A stretch of DNA of 64,000 bases from assembly GCA_963730735.1 (NCBI GenBank), contig CAVSSX010000010.1:61619-125618 (forward strand), in the 5' to 3' direction. Position numbers and translations under genes: made by a program. The notes below the pieces were generated by a model. That model did not search any database. It saw only the letters and a program-made list of their open reading frames with translations, and had not been told where the DNA came from. The first letter of the stretch is position 1. Each line of letters opens with the position of its first letter. Source of the stretch: an uncultured Acidimicrobiaceae bacterium. Lineage in GTDB: Bacteria > Actinomycetota > Acidimicrobiia > Acidimicrobiales > RAAP-2. Below, one piece after another: positions 45,488 to 57,295 of the stretch.

Positions 45488-47053
45488 TCAGGCCGGCCGG
45501 AGCTCGGCGGCCAGGTAGGCGGTGAGCCCGCCGGCGATGCCCTGTGCCGCCTGGGCCCGCCACGTGGCGCTCTGCACCAGGCCGGCGTCGGTGGCGTTGC
45601 GCATGTTGGCACACTCGATCAGCACCTTGGGGACGGTGGACAGGTTGAGCCCGCCCAGGTCCGCCCGCTGGTCCAGGCCGTTCTGGCCGCTGTAGTTCGA
45701 CGGCGGCTCACCGGTGTCGCCGGCGAAGGCGTTGCGCACGTCGACGGCCAGCTGTTGGGAGGGGGCCACGATGGGCGTCGAGTTGGAGATGGAGCTCACC
45801 ACCGGCAGGGGCGAGGTCACGTCGAAGCCCCGGCCGCTGGCCGGACCACCGTCGGCGTGGATCGAGATGGCGGCATCGGCGTGGGCGTCGTTGCCGATGG
45901 CCGCCCGTTGGTCGACGCACGGCCCGACCCCGGTGTCGGTCGTGCGGGTGAGCACCACCTGGGCCCCCTCGGCGACCAGGAGGGCCGCCACCTGGGTGGC
46001 CACGTCGAAGTTGAAGGCGTGCTCGGCGTACCCGTTGTCGGTCGCCGTCCCGACCGTGTCGCACGCCTCTTGGAACCCGCCGGAGTTCTCCAGCTGGTCG
46101 ATGGAGCCGGCGGCGGCGGCGTTGCCCCCGTTGTGGCCCGGGTCGATGGCCACGACCTCCCCGGCCAACGGCGGCACCGAGACCGAACCCTGGTAGCGGG
46201 CCGACCCGTAGGCGAAGATGCCACCGTCGCCCCCCGCCACCAGGTAGCCCCGACCGTCGGCGCTCGGCACCAGGGCCACCGCCGCCCGGGCGAGGCCCAG
46301 GTCGGCGGCCGAGCCGTAGAAGGGGGCCCCGAAGGCGAAGATCCCGCCGTCGGCGGCCACCAGCCAGTAGCCACCGGTCGCCGGGTCGGGCGCCATGCCG
46401 GTGATCGGGGCGGCCAGGGTCAGCGAGCCGGTCGAGCCGGCGAACGGGGCGTCCCCGAAGGCGAAGATCCCGCCGTCGGCGGCCACCAGCCAGTAGCCAC
46501 CGCCGTCGGGCGTGGCCGCCATCCCGACGACCGACTTGTTGAGGGCGATGGCCCCGGTCGAGCCGAGGAAGGGGGCGCCGAAGGCGAAGATCCCGCCGTC
46601 GGCGGCCACCAGCCAGTAGCCACCGGTCGCCGGGTCGCCGGCCATGCCGACGATGGGCTGGTTGAGCGCCCGCCCGCCCATCGACCCCTGGAAGCGGGCG
46701 TCGCCGTAGGCGAAGATCCCGCCGTCTCGGGCCACCAGCCAGTAGCCACCGCCGTCGGGCGTGGCCGCCATGCCCACGATGGGCTGGTTGAGGGACAGCG
46801 ACCCGGCCGAGCCGTAGAAGGGGGCGCCGAAGGCGAACACGGCGCCGTTCGACGCGGCCAGCCAGTAGCCACCGGTCGCCGGGTCGGCGACGGCATCGAC
46901 GAGGGGCGCCACGCTGGTGGGCACGCTGGTCTCGTGGGCGGACGACCTACCGGCGGCCCCGGCGAGCGGGGCCGAGACGACACCCACGCCCAGGGACAGG
47001 ATCGCCACGGCGGCCAACGCGCGGCACCGCCCGATCACGCCACCTCGCACCAT
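45488..47053 (-). CDS. Secreted N-acetylmuramoyl-L-alanine amidase (Amidase_3) with a six-repeat N-terminal domain
   Basis: A signal peptide is followed by six ~41-aa repeats (consensus ..P.TGGYWLVAADGGIFAFG.A.F.GS.G...L..P.VGMA). Then comes VVAIDPGHNGGN...ISIHADGG...KVLIECANMRN, typical of MurNAc-LAA. Confidence 0.85.
   Translation of the reverse strand: MVRGGVIGRCRALAAVAILSLGVGVVSAPLAGAAGRSSAHETSVPTSVAPLVDAVADPATGGYWLAASNGAVFAFGAPFYGSAGSLSLNQPIVGMAATPDGGGYWLVARDGGIFAYGDARFQGSMGGRALNQPIVGMAGDPATGGYWLVAADGGIFAFGAPFLGSTGAIALNKSVVGMAATPDGGGYWLVAADGGIFAFGDAPFAGSTGSLTLAAPITGMAPDPATGGYWLVAADGGIFAFGAPFYGSAADLGLARAAVALVPSADGRGYLVAGGDGGIFAYGSARYQGSVSVPPLAGEVVAIDPGHNGGNAAAAGSIDQLENSGGFQEACDTVGTATDNGYAEHAFNFDVATQVAALLVAEGAQVVLTRTTDTGVGPCVDQRAAIGNDAHADAAISIHADGGPASGRGFDVTSPLPVVSSISNSTPIVAPSQQLAVDVRNAFAGDTGEPPSNYSGQNGLDQRADLGGLNLSTVPKVLIECANMRNATDAGLVQSATWRAQAAQGIAGGLTAYLAAELRPA
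46150..46900 (-). repeat. Tandem ~123-bp coding repeats (six copies) within the amidase gene
   Basis: At DNA level, GCGAAGATCCCGCCGTCGGCGGCCACCAGCCAGTAGCCACC recurs near-identically at least four times on the plus strand. Confidence 0.75.
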
Positions 47054-47166
47054 CGAGCGTCTGCCCTCCCTGCCCTACCCCCGGGGAACCGGAGCTAGCT
47101 GCACGCTACGCCCGAGACCTCGGTGGCCGCCCACCGACCGGGGTCACCGGTCGGTGGGCGCTCGGC

Positions 47167-50017
<2,851 letters not shown>

Positions 50018-50145
50018 GTCCCTGGACTCCTCTGTTCGTGTGCTTGGGGGCTTCGTGTCCGACAGACTGCATTCTGCGACCGGGGTGCGACAGCTACCCC
50101 CGGATGCTGCTGGTGGCGAACTTCGGGGTGCGGCCCTTTCGGCCC

Positions 50146-50197
50146 CCCACCACAACATGTTGTGGTGGGCTTTCCCCCGAGGCACGAGATAGTGGGT
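50146..50197 (-). promoter_or_regulatory. Tandem NrdR-box-like sites upstream of nrdJ
   Basis: A 24-bp perfect palindrome CCCACCACAACATGTTGTGGTGGG lies at 50146-50169; its 16-mer core matches 12/16 of the NrdR box consensus as I recall it. A weaker box (ACCCACTATCTCGTGC on the gene strand, 11/16) lies at 50182-50197. The centres are 32 bp apart, which is the usual NrdR tandem spacing. Confidence 0.5.
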
Positions 50198-50199
50198 TC

Positions 50200-50228
50200 A
50201 TTACAGCACTGTAGTTACAACCTGTCAA
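50200..50228 (-). promoter_or_regulatory. Sigma-70-like promoter for nrdJ
   Basis: On the minus strand: TTGACA (50228-50223), a 17-nt spacer, then TGTAAT (50205-50200). The weaker NrdR-like box starts 2 nt downstream of the -10. Confidence 0.35.
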
Positions 50229-50372
50229 CAATTGGGTAGGCCTTCCGGTCCAGCTCAGAGGGCGTTCGCGAAAGTTCGCACCGGCCGTGGCCGGGACCCG
50301 CCGACCACCCCCCAGATGTAGTGGTCGACGCCCCCGGGCAGCGGTGGTGGGACACCGGTAGGGTCCCGCCCG

Positions 50373-51902
50373 ATGCCCGTGGTGATCGCCATCGACGCCG
50401 GGACCACCGGGGTCCGCTCGCTGGCCGTCGACACCGAGTGCCGGGTGGTCGACCTCGCCTACCGGGAACTGACCCAGCACTTCCCCCGCCCCGGCTGGGT
50501 CGAGCACGACCCCGAGGAGATCGTCTCGGCCGTCCGGTCGACCCTGGCCGAGCTGACCGGTCGACTGGCCGCGGCGAACCTCGAGGTGACGGCCCTCGGC
50601 ATCACCAACCAGCGCGAGACCGTGGTGGCGTGGGACCGTCGCACCGGGCGCTCCCTCCACCGGGCCATCGTCTGGCAGGACCGACGGACGGCCGACCGCT
50701 GCGAGGAGCTCACGGCGGCCGGGCACCTCCCCCTGGTCCGGGCCCGGACGGGTCTGGTCCTCGACCCGTACTTCTCGGCCACCAAGATGGCCTGGCTCCT
50801 CGAGCACGGTGGCGTCGAGGCCGGCCCCGACCTGGCCCTCGGCACGGTCGACGCCTGGGTCCTGTGGCAGCTCACCGGGGGCGCCCGGTCGGGCGCCTCG
50901 CCGGTCTTCGCCACCGACGTCACCAACGCCAGCCGCACCCTGCTGCTCGACCTCACCACCCGGGCGTGGTCCGAGGAACTGGCGGCGCTCTTCGGTGTCC
51001 CGATCGACGCCCTGCCCGAGGTCCGGCCGTCCTGCGGTCGCTTCGGCACCGTCGACGGGTCGGCCCTGGGCGACGACGGTCCGGCCCTCGACGGCGTGCC
51101 CATCAGCGGGATCGCCGGCGACCAGCACGCGGCGCTGTTCGGCCAGGCCTGCCTCGACCCGGGCATGGTCAAGGTGACCTACGGCACGGGGAGCTTCGTC
51201 CTGGCCAACGCCGGCCCCACCCCGCCGCCACCACCCGAGGGACTGTTGGTCACCGTGGCCTGGGACCTCGGCGACCACGGCGGCGCCCGGGGGCCCGTCG
51301 CCTACGCCCTCGAGGGGTCGGCCTTCGTCTCGGGGGCGGCGGTCCAGTGGCTCCGGGACGGCCTCGGCCTGATCGAGCGGGCCGCCGACCTCGAACCGCT
51401 GGCCACGTCGGTGCCCGACGCCGGCGGGGTCACGGTCGTGCCGGCCTTCGCCGGGCTCGGCAGCCCGTGGTGGGACGCCCGGGCCCGGGGCACCATCACC
51501 GGCATCACCCGGGGCACCGGCCGGGCCCAGCTGGCCCGGGCCGTGCTGGAGGCGCTGGCCTTCCAGGTCCGGGACATGGTGGACGCCATGGCGGCGGTCG
51601 CCGGCCGGCCGGCCGAGCTCCGGGCCGACGGCGGGGCGGCGGTGATGGACACGCTGCTGCAGCTCCAGGCCGACCAGACGGCGACCACGGTGGCCCGTCC
51701 CCGGAGCATCGAGTCGACGGCCCTCGGGGCCGCCGGCCTGGCCGGTCTGGCCGAGGGGTTCTGGGGTTCGCTCGAGGAGCTGGCGACGCGCTGGGCGGCC
51801 GACGCCACCTTCGAGCCCGAGGTCGACCCCGAGCTGGCCGACGCCCGCTACCGCGAGTGGCTCTCGGCCGTCGACCGGTCCCGGGGGTGGAGCGACGGCT
51901 GA
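50373..51902 (+). CDS. glpK: Glycerol kinase
   Basis: FGGY kinase with VIAIDAGTTGVRS, GITNQRETVVAWDRRTGRSLHRAIVWQDRRT and AGDQHAALFGQ. Confidence 0.95.
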   Translation: MPVVIAIDAGTTGVRSLAVDTECRVVDLAYRELTQHFPRPGWVEHDPEEIVSAVRSTLAELTGRLAAANLEVTALGITNQRETVVAWDRRTGRSLHRAIVWQDRRTADRCEELTAAGHLPLVRARTGLVLDPYFSATKMAWLLEHGGVEAGPDLALGTVDAWVLWQLTGGARSGASPVFATDVTNASRTLLLDLTTRAWSEELAALFGVPIDALPEVRPSCGRFGTVDGSALGDDGPALDGVPISGIAGDQHAALFGQACLDPGMVKVTYGTGSFVLANAGPTPPPPPEGLLVTVAWDLGDHGGARGPVAYALEGSAFVSGAAVQWLRDGLGLIERAADLEPLATSVPDAGGVTVVPAFAGLGSPWWDARARGTITGITRGTGRAQLARAVLEALAFQVRDMVDAMAAVAGRPAELRADGGAAVMDTLLQLQADQTATTVARPRSIESTALGAAGLAGLAEGFWGSLEELATRWAADATFEPEVDPELADARYREWLSAVDRSRGWSDG

Positions 51903-51909
51903 GCGGCGG

Positions 51910-52158
51910 TCAGCGACCCGGGGCCGGGTAGATCTCCTCGACCCGGGCCCCGTCCACCTCGTGGATCTCGCTGCGCAGCAGCTCCACCAGATCGTCGCTG
52001 GCCAGATCGACCACGAACTCGTCGATGGCCCGCCCCTCGACCCGGTCCCGGATGTCGATGGAGACGATGTCGCCGCCCACGGCGCCGATGCGGCTGGCCA
52101 CCAGGCCGAGCGCACCCGGTCGGTCGGGCAGCCAGATGCGGAGGACGTAGCTGGTCAC
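51910..52158 (-). CDS. ACT-domain protein
   Basis: 82 aa. LRIWLPDRPGALGLVASRIGAVGGDIVSIDI is a typical ACT beta-alpha-beta start. Confidence 0.8.
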   Translation of the reverse strand: MTSYVLRIWLPDRPGALGLVASRIGAVGGDIVSIDIRDRVEGRAIDEFVVDLASDDLVELLRSEIHEVDGARVEEIYPAPGR

Positions 52159-52167
52159 GGCGTCAAC

Positions 52168-52938
52168 CTACGCGCTCTGTGTGAACGGGCGGTTTCGTAG
52201 CGATGAAGAGTCCGCCGAACCGCCGGCGCCGACCGGGATGTACTCGTGCAGGTACGGCCGGCCCGACAGCCGGGCGATCTCGAGCATCAGGTGGTCGGTG
52301 AAGGCCCGCAGGGCGTCGTGCAGCTCGGCGTCGGTGGCCTCCTCGGCCACCTGGACCCGCATCGGCGCCCCGAACCGGACGGTCACCCGACGGCCCGGCC
52401 GCCAGAGCCGGTGGCCGACCGGTTGGACCTCGCTGGTGCCCACGATGCCCACCGGCACCACCGGGACCTGGCACTCGTAGGCCAGGCGGGCCACGCCGGT
52501 CCGCCCTTTGTGCACGCACTGGTTGGGCGAGCGGGTGCCCTCGGGGTAGACGCCGAGCACGTGGCCCACCCCCAACACGTCCCGGGCGGTGGCCAGGGCC
52601 CGCTCCGACACGTCGCCGCCGGAGCGTCGGATGGGGATCTGCCCGACGGCCCGGAAGAACCACGCCGTGCGGCGGTCGTCGAAGTACTCCGCCTTGGCCA
52701 GGTAGGTCACCCGCCGGGGCACGGCCAGCGGGAGGAAGAAGGAGTCGCAGAAGGACTGGTGGTTGGCGGCCAGGATGACGGCGCCCCGGCGGGGCACCAG
52801 GTGACGGCCCTCCCGGCGGACACGGAAGGTGAGCAGCAGGACCGGCGTGAACAGGACCTTCAGCACCCAATAGACCACGAGAGCACGGTACTCCCGGGGA
52901 GCGCCCGACGCCGTGGGAGCGCCGGCGCGGGCGGCCAC
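52168..52938 (-). CDS. 1-acyl-sn-glycerol-3-phosphate acyltransferase-family (PlsC-like) protein
   Basis: H(X4)D motif in LAANHQSFCDSF, plus VYPEGTRS. Confidence 0.85.
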   Translation of the reverse strand: MAARAGAPTASGAPREYRALVVYWVLKVLFTPVLLLTFRVRREGRHLVPRRGAVILAANHQSFCDSFFLPLAVPRRVTYLAKAEYFDDRRTAWFFRAVGQIPIRRSGGDVSERALATARDVLGVGHVLGVYPEGTRSPNQCVHKGRTGVARLAYECQVPVVPVGIVGTSEVQPVGHRLWRPGRRVTVRFGAPMRVQVAEEATDAELHDALRAFTDHLMLEIARLSGRPYLHEYIPVGAGGSADSSSLRNRPFTQSA

Positions 52939-52988
52939 CCGTCGTGCCGACGCCCGCCGTGGGGACGGGACTTAGGAATGTCTAGATG

Positions 52989-53025
52989 ACACAAATTTGT
53001 GTTATCTCAGAGATTTTTCTATATT
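52989..53025 (+). promoter_or_regulatory. Operator palindrome overlapping the -35, plus a -10, for a probably leaderless regulator/ABC operon
   Basis: A perfect 14-bp palindrome ACACAAATTTGTGT (52989-53002) contains TTGTGT (-35-like). A 17-nt spacer follows, then TATATT (53020-53025). The ATG at 53032 lies 6 nt after the -10, and there is no SD sequence. Confidence 0.4.
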
Positions 53026-53031
53026 GATGGC

Positions 53032-53535
53032 ATGCCGACGGACGCCGAGATCACCTTCGCCGACCACACGGGCCGCTTCTACGCCCGTCGCTACGGGTTC
53101 GCCCCGATGGTCGGGCGGCTCCTCGGCTACCTGGCGGTCTGCGACCCCCGGGAGCAGAGCATCGGCGAGCTGGCCGAGGCCCTCTTGGCCAGCCGGAGCG
53201 CCATCGCCAACGCGGTCAACACGCTCGAGACGCTCCGGCTCATCCAGCGCTCCCGGGCGGCCGGCGAGCGGATGGACCGGGTGCGGATCGACATGTCGTC
53301 GCCCCAGGCGACGGGGTTCGACGTCAGCGAGTACCTGGACCAGGGCGAGCTGGCCCGCGAGGGCCTCGGTGTCCTGGAGGGGGCCACGCCGGAGCGGCGG
53401 GCCATCCTCTTGGAGTGGGCGGCCTTCGCCGACTTCCTGGCCGAGCGGCTGCCGGCGCTCGAGCTCGAGTGGAAGGAGCGGCGGGCCCAGCTGCAGGCCA
53501 CCGGCGAGCTCCCCGAGTCGGAGCCGCAACGATGA
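53032..53535 (+). CDS. MarR/GbsR-like winged-helix transcriptional regulator
   Basis: GRLLGYLAVCDPREQSIGELAEALLASRSAIANAVNTLETLRLIQRSR. The stop overlaps the next ATG (ATGA). Confidence 0.75.
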   Translation: MPTDAEITFADHTGRFYARRYGFAPMVGRLLGYLAVCDPREQSIGELAEALLASRSAIANAVNTLETLRLIQRSRAAGERMDRVRIDMSSPQATGFDVSEYLDQGELAREGLGVLEGATPERRAILLEWAAFADFLAERLPALELEWKERRAQLQATGELPESEPQR

Positions 53536-54521
53536 CCACCCGATCGCCCCAGCCGGGCATCGAGGCGCAGGGGGTCGTCAAGTCGTTCGGCTCCCATCGG
53601 GTGCTCGACCGGGTCGACCTCGCCGCCGACGAGGGCTCGATCCTGGCCCTGCTGGGCCCGAACGGCGCCGGCAAGACCACCATGGTGCACATCCTCTCCA
53701 CCCTGCTCCCGGCCGACGACGGCTGGGCCCGGATCGCCGGCCGCGACGTCGCCGCCGAGCCCGACGCCGTGCGGGGGCTCATCGGCGTCACCGGCCAGTT
53801 CTCGGCCGTGGACAACCTGCTCACCGGAACCGAGAACCTGCGGCTGATGGCCGACCTCCGCCACCTCGGGCGCTCCGACGCCGAACGGCGGGTGGCCGAG
53901 CTCGTGGAGCAGTTCGACCTCAGCGACGCCGCCGACAGGGTGGCGTCCACCTACTCGGGCGGCATGCGGCGACGGCTCGACCTGGCCATGACCCTGGTCG
54001 GGCGACCGCAGGTCATCTTCCTCGACGAGCCCACCACCGGGCTCGACCCCCGCAGCCGTCGCACCATGTGGGACCTCGTCCGCCGGCTGGCCGCCGACGG
54101 GGTCACCATCCTGCTCACCACGCAGTACCTCGACGAGGCCGACCAGCTCGCCGACCGCATCGCCGTGCTCGACCAGGGTCGCATCGTGGCCGAGGGGACG
54201 CCGGACGAACTGAAGCGTCGGCTCCCGGGCGGCCACGTCTCGCTCCACTTCGCCGACCCGGCCGACCTCCGCTCGGCGGCCATGGTGCTCCCCTCGGCCG
54301 CCGCCGACGAGGACCAGCTGGTGCTCCAGGTCCCCTCGGACGGGGCGGCGGAGTCGCTGCGCCAGCTGCTCGACGACCTGCACCGGGCCGGCGTGCCGGT
54401 CGACCGGCTCTCGCTGCACGCCCCCGACCTCGACGACGTGTTCCTCTCCGTGACCGGGCGCCCGGCAGTCGACGAGACCGTCGACGACGAGTCGGCATTG
54501 GCCCACGGAGCGACCCGGTGA
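53532..54521 (+). CDS. ABC transporter ATP-binding protein (DrrA/daunorubicin-resistance-like)
   Basis: Walker A GPNGAGKTT, signature YSGGMRRRL, Walker B VIFLDEPTTGLD. Confidence 0.9.
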   Translation: MTTRSPQPGIEAQGVVKSFGSHRVLDRVDLAADEGSILALLGPNGAGKTTMVHILSTLLPADDGWARIAGRDVAAEPDAVRGLIGVTGQFSAVDNLLTGTENLRLMADLRHLGRSDAERRVAELVEQFDLSDAADRVASTYSGGMRRRLDLAMTLVGRPQVIFLDEPTTGLDPRSRRTMWDLVRRLAADGVTILLTTQYLDEADQLADRIAVLDQGRIVAEGTPDELKRRLPGGHVSLHFADPADLRSAAMVLPSAAADEDQLVLQVPSDGAAESLRQLLDDLHRAGVPVDRLSLHAPDLDDVFLSVTGRPAVDETVDDESALAHGATR

Positions 54522-55318
54522 CGACGACACTCCCCTTCGCAGTTCGCGACGCCCGGACCATGCTGCGCCGCAACCTGAAGCACCAGCTCCGCTATCCGTC
54601 GATGACGCTGATGCTGGTGGGCCTGCCGATCGTCCTCCTGCTGCTCTTCGTCTACGTGTTCGGCGGGCAACTCGGCGCCGGCCTCGGCCCCCACCAGGGT
54701 CGTCACGCCTACCTGGACTACGTGGTCCCCGGCCTGCTCCTCATCACCCTGGCCTCGGCCGTGCAGGGCACCTCGATCATGGTGGCCATGGACATGACCA
54801 GCGGCATCATCGACCGGTTCCGCACCATGGCCATCTCCCGCGCCTCGGTCCTCACCGGGCACGTGGTGGGCACCCTGCTCCAGGTGCTGGCCGGCATCGG
54901 CGTCCTCGTCGGCGTCGCCTTCGCCCTCGGGTTCCACTCGAGCGCCGGCCTGCTGCCGTGGCTGGCCGCCGTCGGCATCCTGGCCCTGTTCACCCTGGCC
55001 CTGGTCTGGCTGGCCGTGGCCCTCGGGCTCGCCGCCAGGAGCGTCGAGACGGCCAGCAACACACCGATGTTCCTGTTGCTGCTCCTGTTCTTGAGCAGTG
55101 GGTTCGTGTCCACCGCCACCATGCCGGTCGGGCTCCGGCAGTTCGCCGAGTACCAGCCGTTCACGCCGGTGGCCGACACCGTGCGGTCCCTGGTCTCCGG
55201 CGGCCCGATCGGCACCCACGCCGTGGTCGCCGTCGCCTGGAGCCTCGGGATCGCCCTCGTGTCCTACGTCGCCGCCGTCCGCCTCTACAACCGGCGCCGG
55301 GCGGCATCACCCAACTGA
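54518..55318 (+). CDS. ABC-2-type transporter permease (DrrB-like)
   Basis: The GTG overlaps the upstream TGA. Six hydrophobic helices. N-terminus RDARTMLRRNLKHQLRYPSMTLMLVGLPIVLLLLF. Confidence 0.9.
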   Translation: MTTTLPFAVRDARTMLRRNLKHQLRYPSMTLMLVGLPIVLLLLFVYVFGGQLGAGLGPHQGRHAYLDYVVPGLLLITLASAVQGTSIMVAMDMTSGIIDRFRTMAISRASVLTGHVVGTLLQVLAGIGVLVGVAFALGFHSSAGLLPWLAAVGILALFTLALVWLAVALGLAARSVETASNTPMFLLLLLFLSSGFVSTATMPVGLRQFAEYQPFTPVADTVRSLVSGGPIGTHAVVAVAWSLGIALVSYVAAVRLYNRRRAASPN

Positions 55319-55347
55319 ACCGCCAGCCGAACCGAGCCGCCGACGGC

Positions 55348-56571
55348 TCAGCCGAGCTTGGTGAGGGACCGCCGCAGGTTCCGCATGGCCTGGGCGATGC
55401 GCTGCTCGTTCTCGATCAGGGCGAAACGCACGTGGCCGTCGCCCCCGGGGCCGAACCCGACCCCGGGCGAGGTGGCGACGTTGCCCTCGCGCACCAGGAA
55501 CTTGGCGAACTCGAGCGAGCCCATCTCCCGGTAGGGCTCGGGGATCGGCGCCCAGACGAACATCGTCCCCTTGGGCGGCGCAACTTCCCAGCCGATGCGG
55601 TGCAGCCCGTCGCACAGGGCGTCGCGACGCGCCTGGTAGGCCAAGTTGATCTCGCGGGGGTACTCGGGGGCCTCGTTCATGGCCACGATGGCGGCGATCT
55701 GGATCGGCTGGAACGTGCCGTAGTCGAGGTAGCTCTTGAGCTTGGTCAGGGCCTGGACGATCTCGGCGTTGCCCACCATGAAGCCGACCCGCCACCCGGC
55801 CATCGAGAACGACTTGGTCAACGTGTAGAGCTCGACGGCCACGTCCTTGGCCCCGGGCACCTGGAGGATCGACGGCGGGTCGTAGCCGTCGAAGCCCAGG
55901 TCGGCGTAGGCGAAGTCGTGGACCAGGACCACCTCGTGTTCCTTGGCGAAGGCCACCAGGCGCTCCATGAAGGCCAGGTCCACGCAGGCCGTGGTCGGGT
56001 TGTGCGGGAAGGAGAGCACGATGACCCGGGGCTTGGGCCACGCCGACTCCCACGTCTCGACCAGGGCGCCGAAGAAGGCGTCACCGGGGCTCGGGGTGCC
56101 GCCGAGCGACTCGGCGGTCAGCGACGGCGCCGGGTCGACCATGGGGATCTGGCGGACGTCGGCCCCGGCGAACAGCGGGGCGTAGATGTGGATCGGGTAC
56201 GAGGGCGAGGGGACGAGGGCGGTGTCGCCCGGGCCGACCAGGACCCACATCAGGTGGGACAGCCCCTCCTTGGCCCCGATGGTGGTGACGACCTCGGTGT
56301 CGGGGTCGAGGGCCACGTCGAACTTGCGGGCGTAGAGGTCGACGATGGCCTGGCGGATCTTGGGGATGCCGCGCGACGCCGAGTAGCGGTGGTTGCGGGG
56401 GTTGTGGGCCGCCTCGGCCAGCTTCTCCACGGCCACGTCGGGCGACGGCAGGTCGGGGTTGCCGAACCCCAGGTCGATCACGTCGGTGCCAGCCCGCCGG
56501 GCCTCGTCCCTCAGGTCGTTGATGGTGGCGAAGACGTACGGCGGCAGCCCGTTGATCCGGCGGAATTCCAT
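55348..56571 (-). CDS. Pyridoxal-phosphate-dependent aminotransferase (class I, AlaT/AspC-like)
   Basis: [27 protein letters not shown], and [15 protein letters not shown] (the PLP lysine context). Confidence 0.9.
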   Translation of the reverse strand: MEFRRINGLPPYVFATINDLRDEARRAGTDVIDLGFGNPDLPSPDVAVEKLAEAAHNPRNHRYSASRGIPKIRQAIVDLYARKFDVALDPDTEVVTTIGAKEGLSHLMWVLVGPGDTALVPSPSYPIHIYAPLFAGADVRQIPMVDPAPSLTAESLGGTPSPGDAFFGALVETWESAWPKPRVIVLSFPHNPTTACVDLAFMERLVAFAKEHEVVLVHDFAYADLGFDGYDPPSILQVPGAKDVAVELYTLTKSFSMAGWRVGFMVGNAEIVQALTKLKSYLDYGTFQPIQIAAIVAMNEAPEYPREINLAYQARRDALCDGLHRIGWEVAPPKGTMFVWAPIPEPYREMGSLEFAKFLVREGNVATSPGVGFGPGGDGHVRFALIENEQRIAQAMRNLRRSLTKLG

Positions 56572-56579
56572 GTCCCAGG

Positions 56580-57295
56580 CTATCGCCGACGACCGTTGGC
56601 CCCGGACCCCGCCCCGAGTGCCTCGAGCGGCGCCGGCCAGCTGAAGACGGCCCAGGTGGCGCCGGCCGCGGCCAGGTCGGCGACCAGGTCGGACGTGGCC
56701 ACCGGATCGACCGAGTCGTCGGCCGCCCGGGGGGTCGGACCGCCCCAGGTCACCTCGCCCGTGGCCGCCTGGCGGGCCACCTCGTCCAGGCTGGCCCCCC
56801 ACAGGTTGAGGGCCGCACCCTCGTCCCGGGCGACGGCGGCCGTCCGGGGCGACCCACCGCCGACCCACACCGGCAACCCCGGGACCCGAGGGTCCTGGCC
56901 ACCGATCGGAGGGACGACCGCCGGTCGTCGGGTGACGAGAACGGGACCCCGTAGGCCAGGTTCTCGGCCGCGCTCAGGCGGTCCCCGGTCCCGAGGCCGG
57001 CGATGACCCGGCCGGGGGCCAGCCACTCCAGGGCGGCGAACTCCGAGCACAGCACGGCGTCGGGGACCAACCCGATGCGGGCCACCAGGGTCCCGAGGCG
57101 CAGCGCGCTGCTCGACCGGGCGATCGCCGCCAGCAGCGGGAAGGGGGCGAGGGCCGGGCGCTCGGGCGACCCCATCGGCCAGAGGTGGTCGTAGCAGAAG
57201 ACCCCGTCGACCCCCGCCGCCTCGGCCCGGCGGGCGACCTCGAAGGCCAGGTCGGGACGGTCCTGGAAGGTGGGCAGCACCACACCGGTCCTCAC
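56580..57295 (-). pseudogene. LLM-class (F420-dependent-type) oxidoreductase; frame broken at ~56877-56880
   Basis: VRTGVVLPTFQDRPDLAFEVARRAEAAGVDGVFCYDHLWPMG...[20 protein letters not shown]...ARTLGSRG is in one frame. [27 protein letters not shown]... is in another. The junction is a C4 run on the plus strand, implying one missing base. Confidence 0.7.

Noticed and set aside
46150-46900. Regularly spaced ~123-bp DNA repeats that could superficially suggest a CRISPR-like or satellite array; the same applies to the (ACC/ACG)n tract at 35901..36215.
   Set aside because: The repeats are contiguous, with no unique spacers. They are in frame and encode the six protein repeats of the amidase. The second tract encodes poly-Thr. 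I found no cas genes and no short palindromic repeat/spacer architecture anywhere in the window.
50018-50145. A cobalamin riboswitch in the nrdJ 5' leader, considered because the enzyme is B12-dependent.
   Set aside because: I saw no B12-box-like element (only GCCACCAG, not the conserved GCCACUG context) and none of the expected multi-stem core. B12 riboswitches normally control B12-independent isozymes or transport, not nrdJ. The NrdR-box interpretation fits better.
50261-50280. GTTCGCGAAAGTTCGC (containing the TTCGCGAA palindrome) in the glpK/nrdJ divergent region as a ClgR-type operator. I recall the ClgR consensus as GTTCGC-N5-GCG.
   Set aside because: The second half-site (GCG) is missing at the required spacing. 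The context (glpK) is not a Clp or chaperone gene. The actual clpP upstream region (9160-9303) does not contain the GTTCGC motif either, so no ClgR box can be claimed from sequence.
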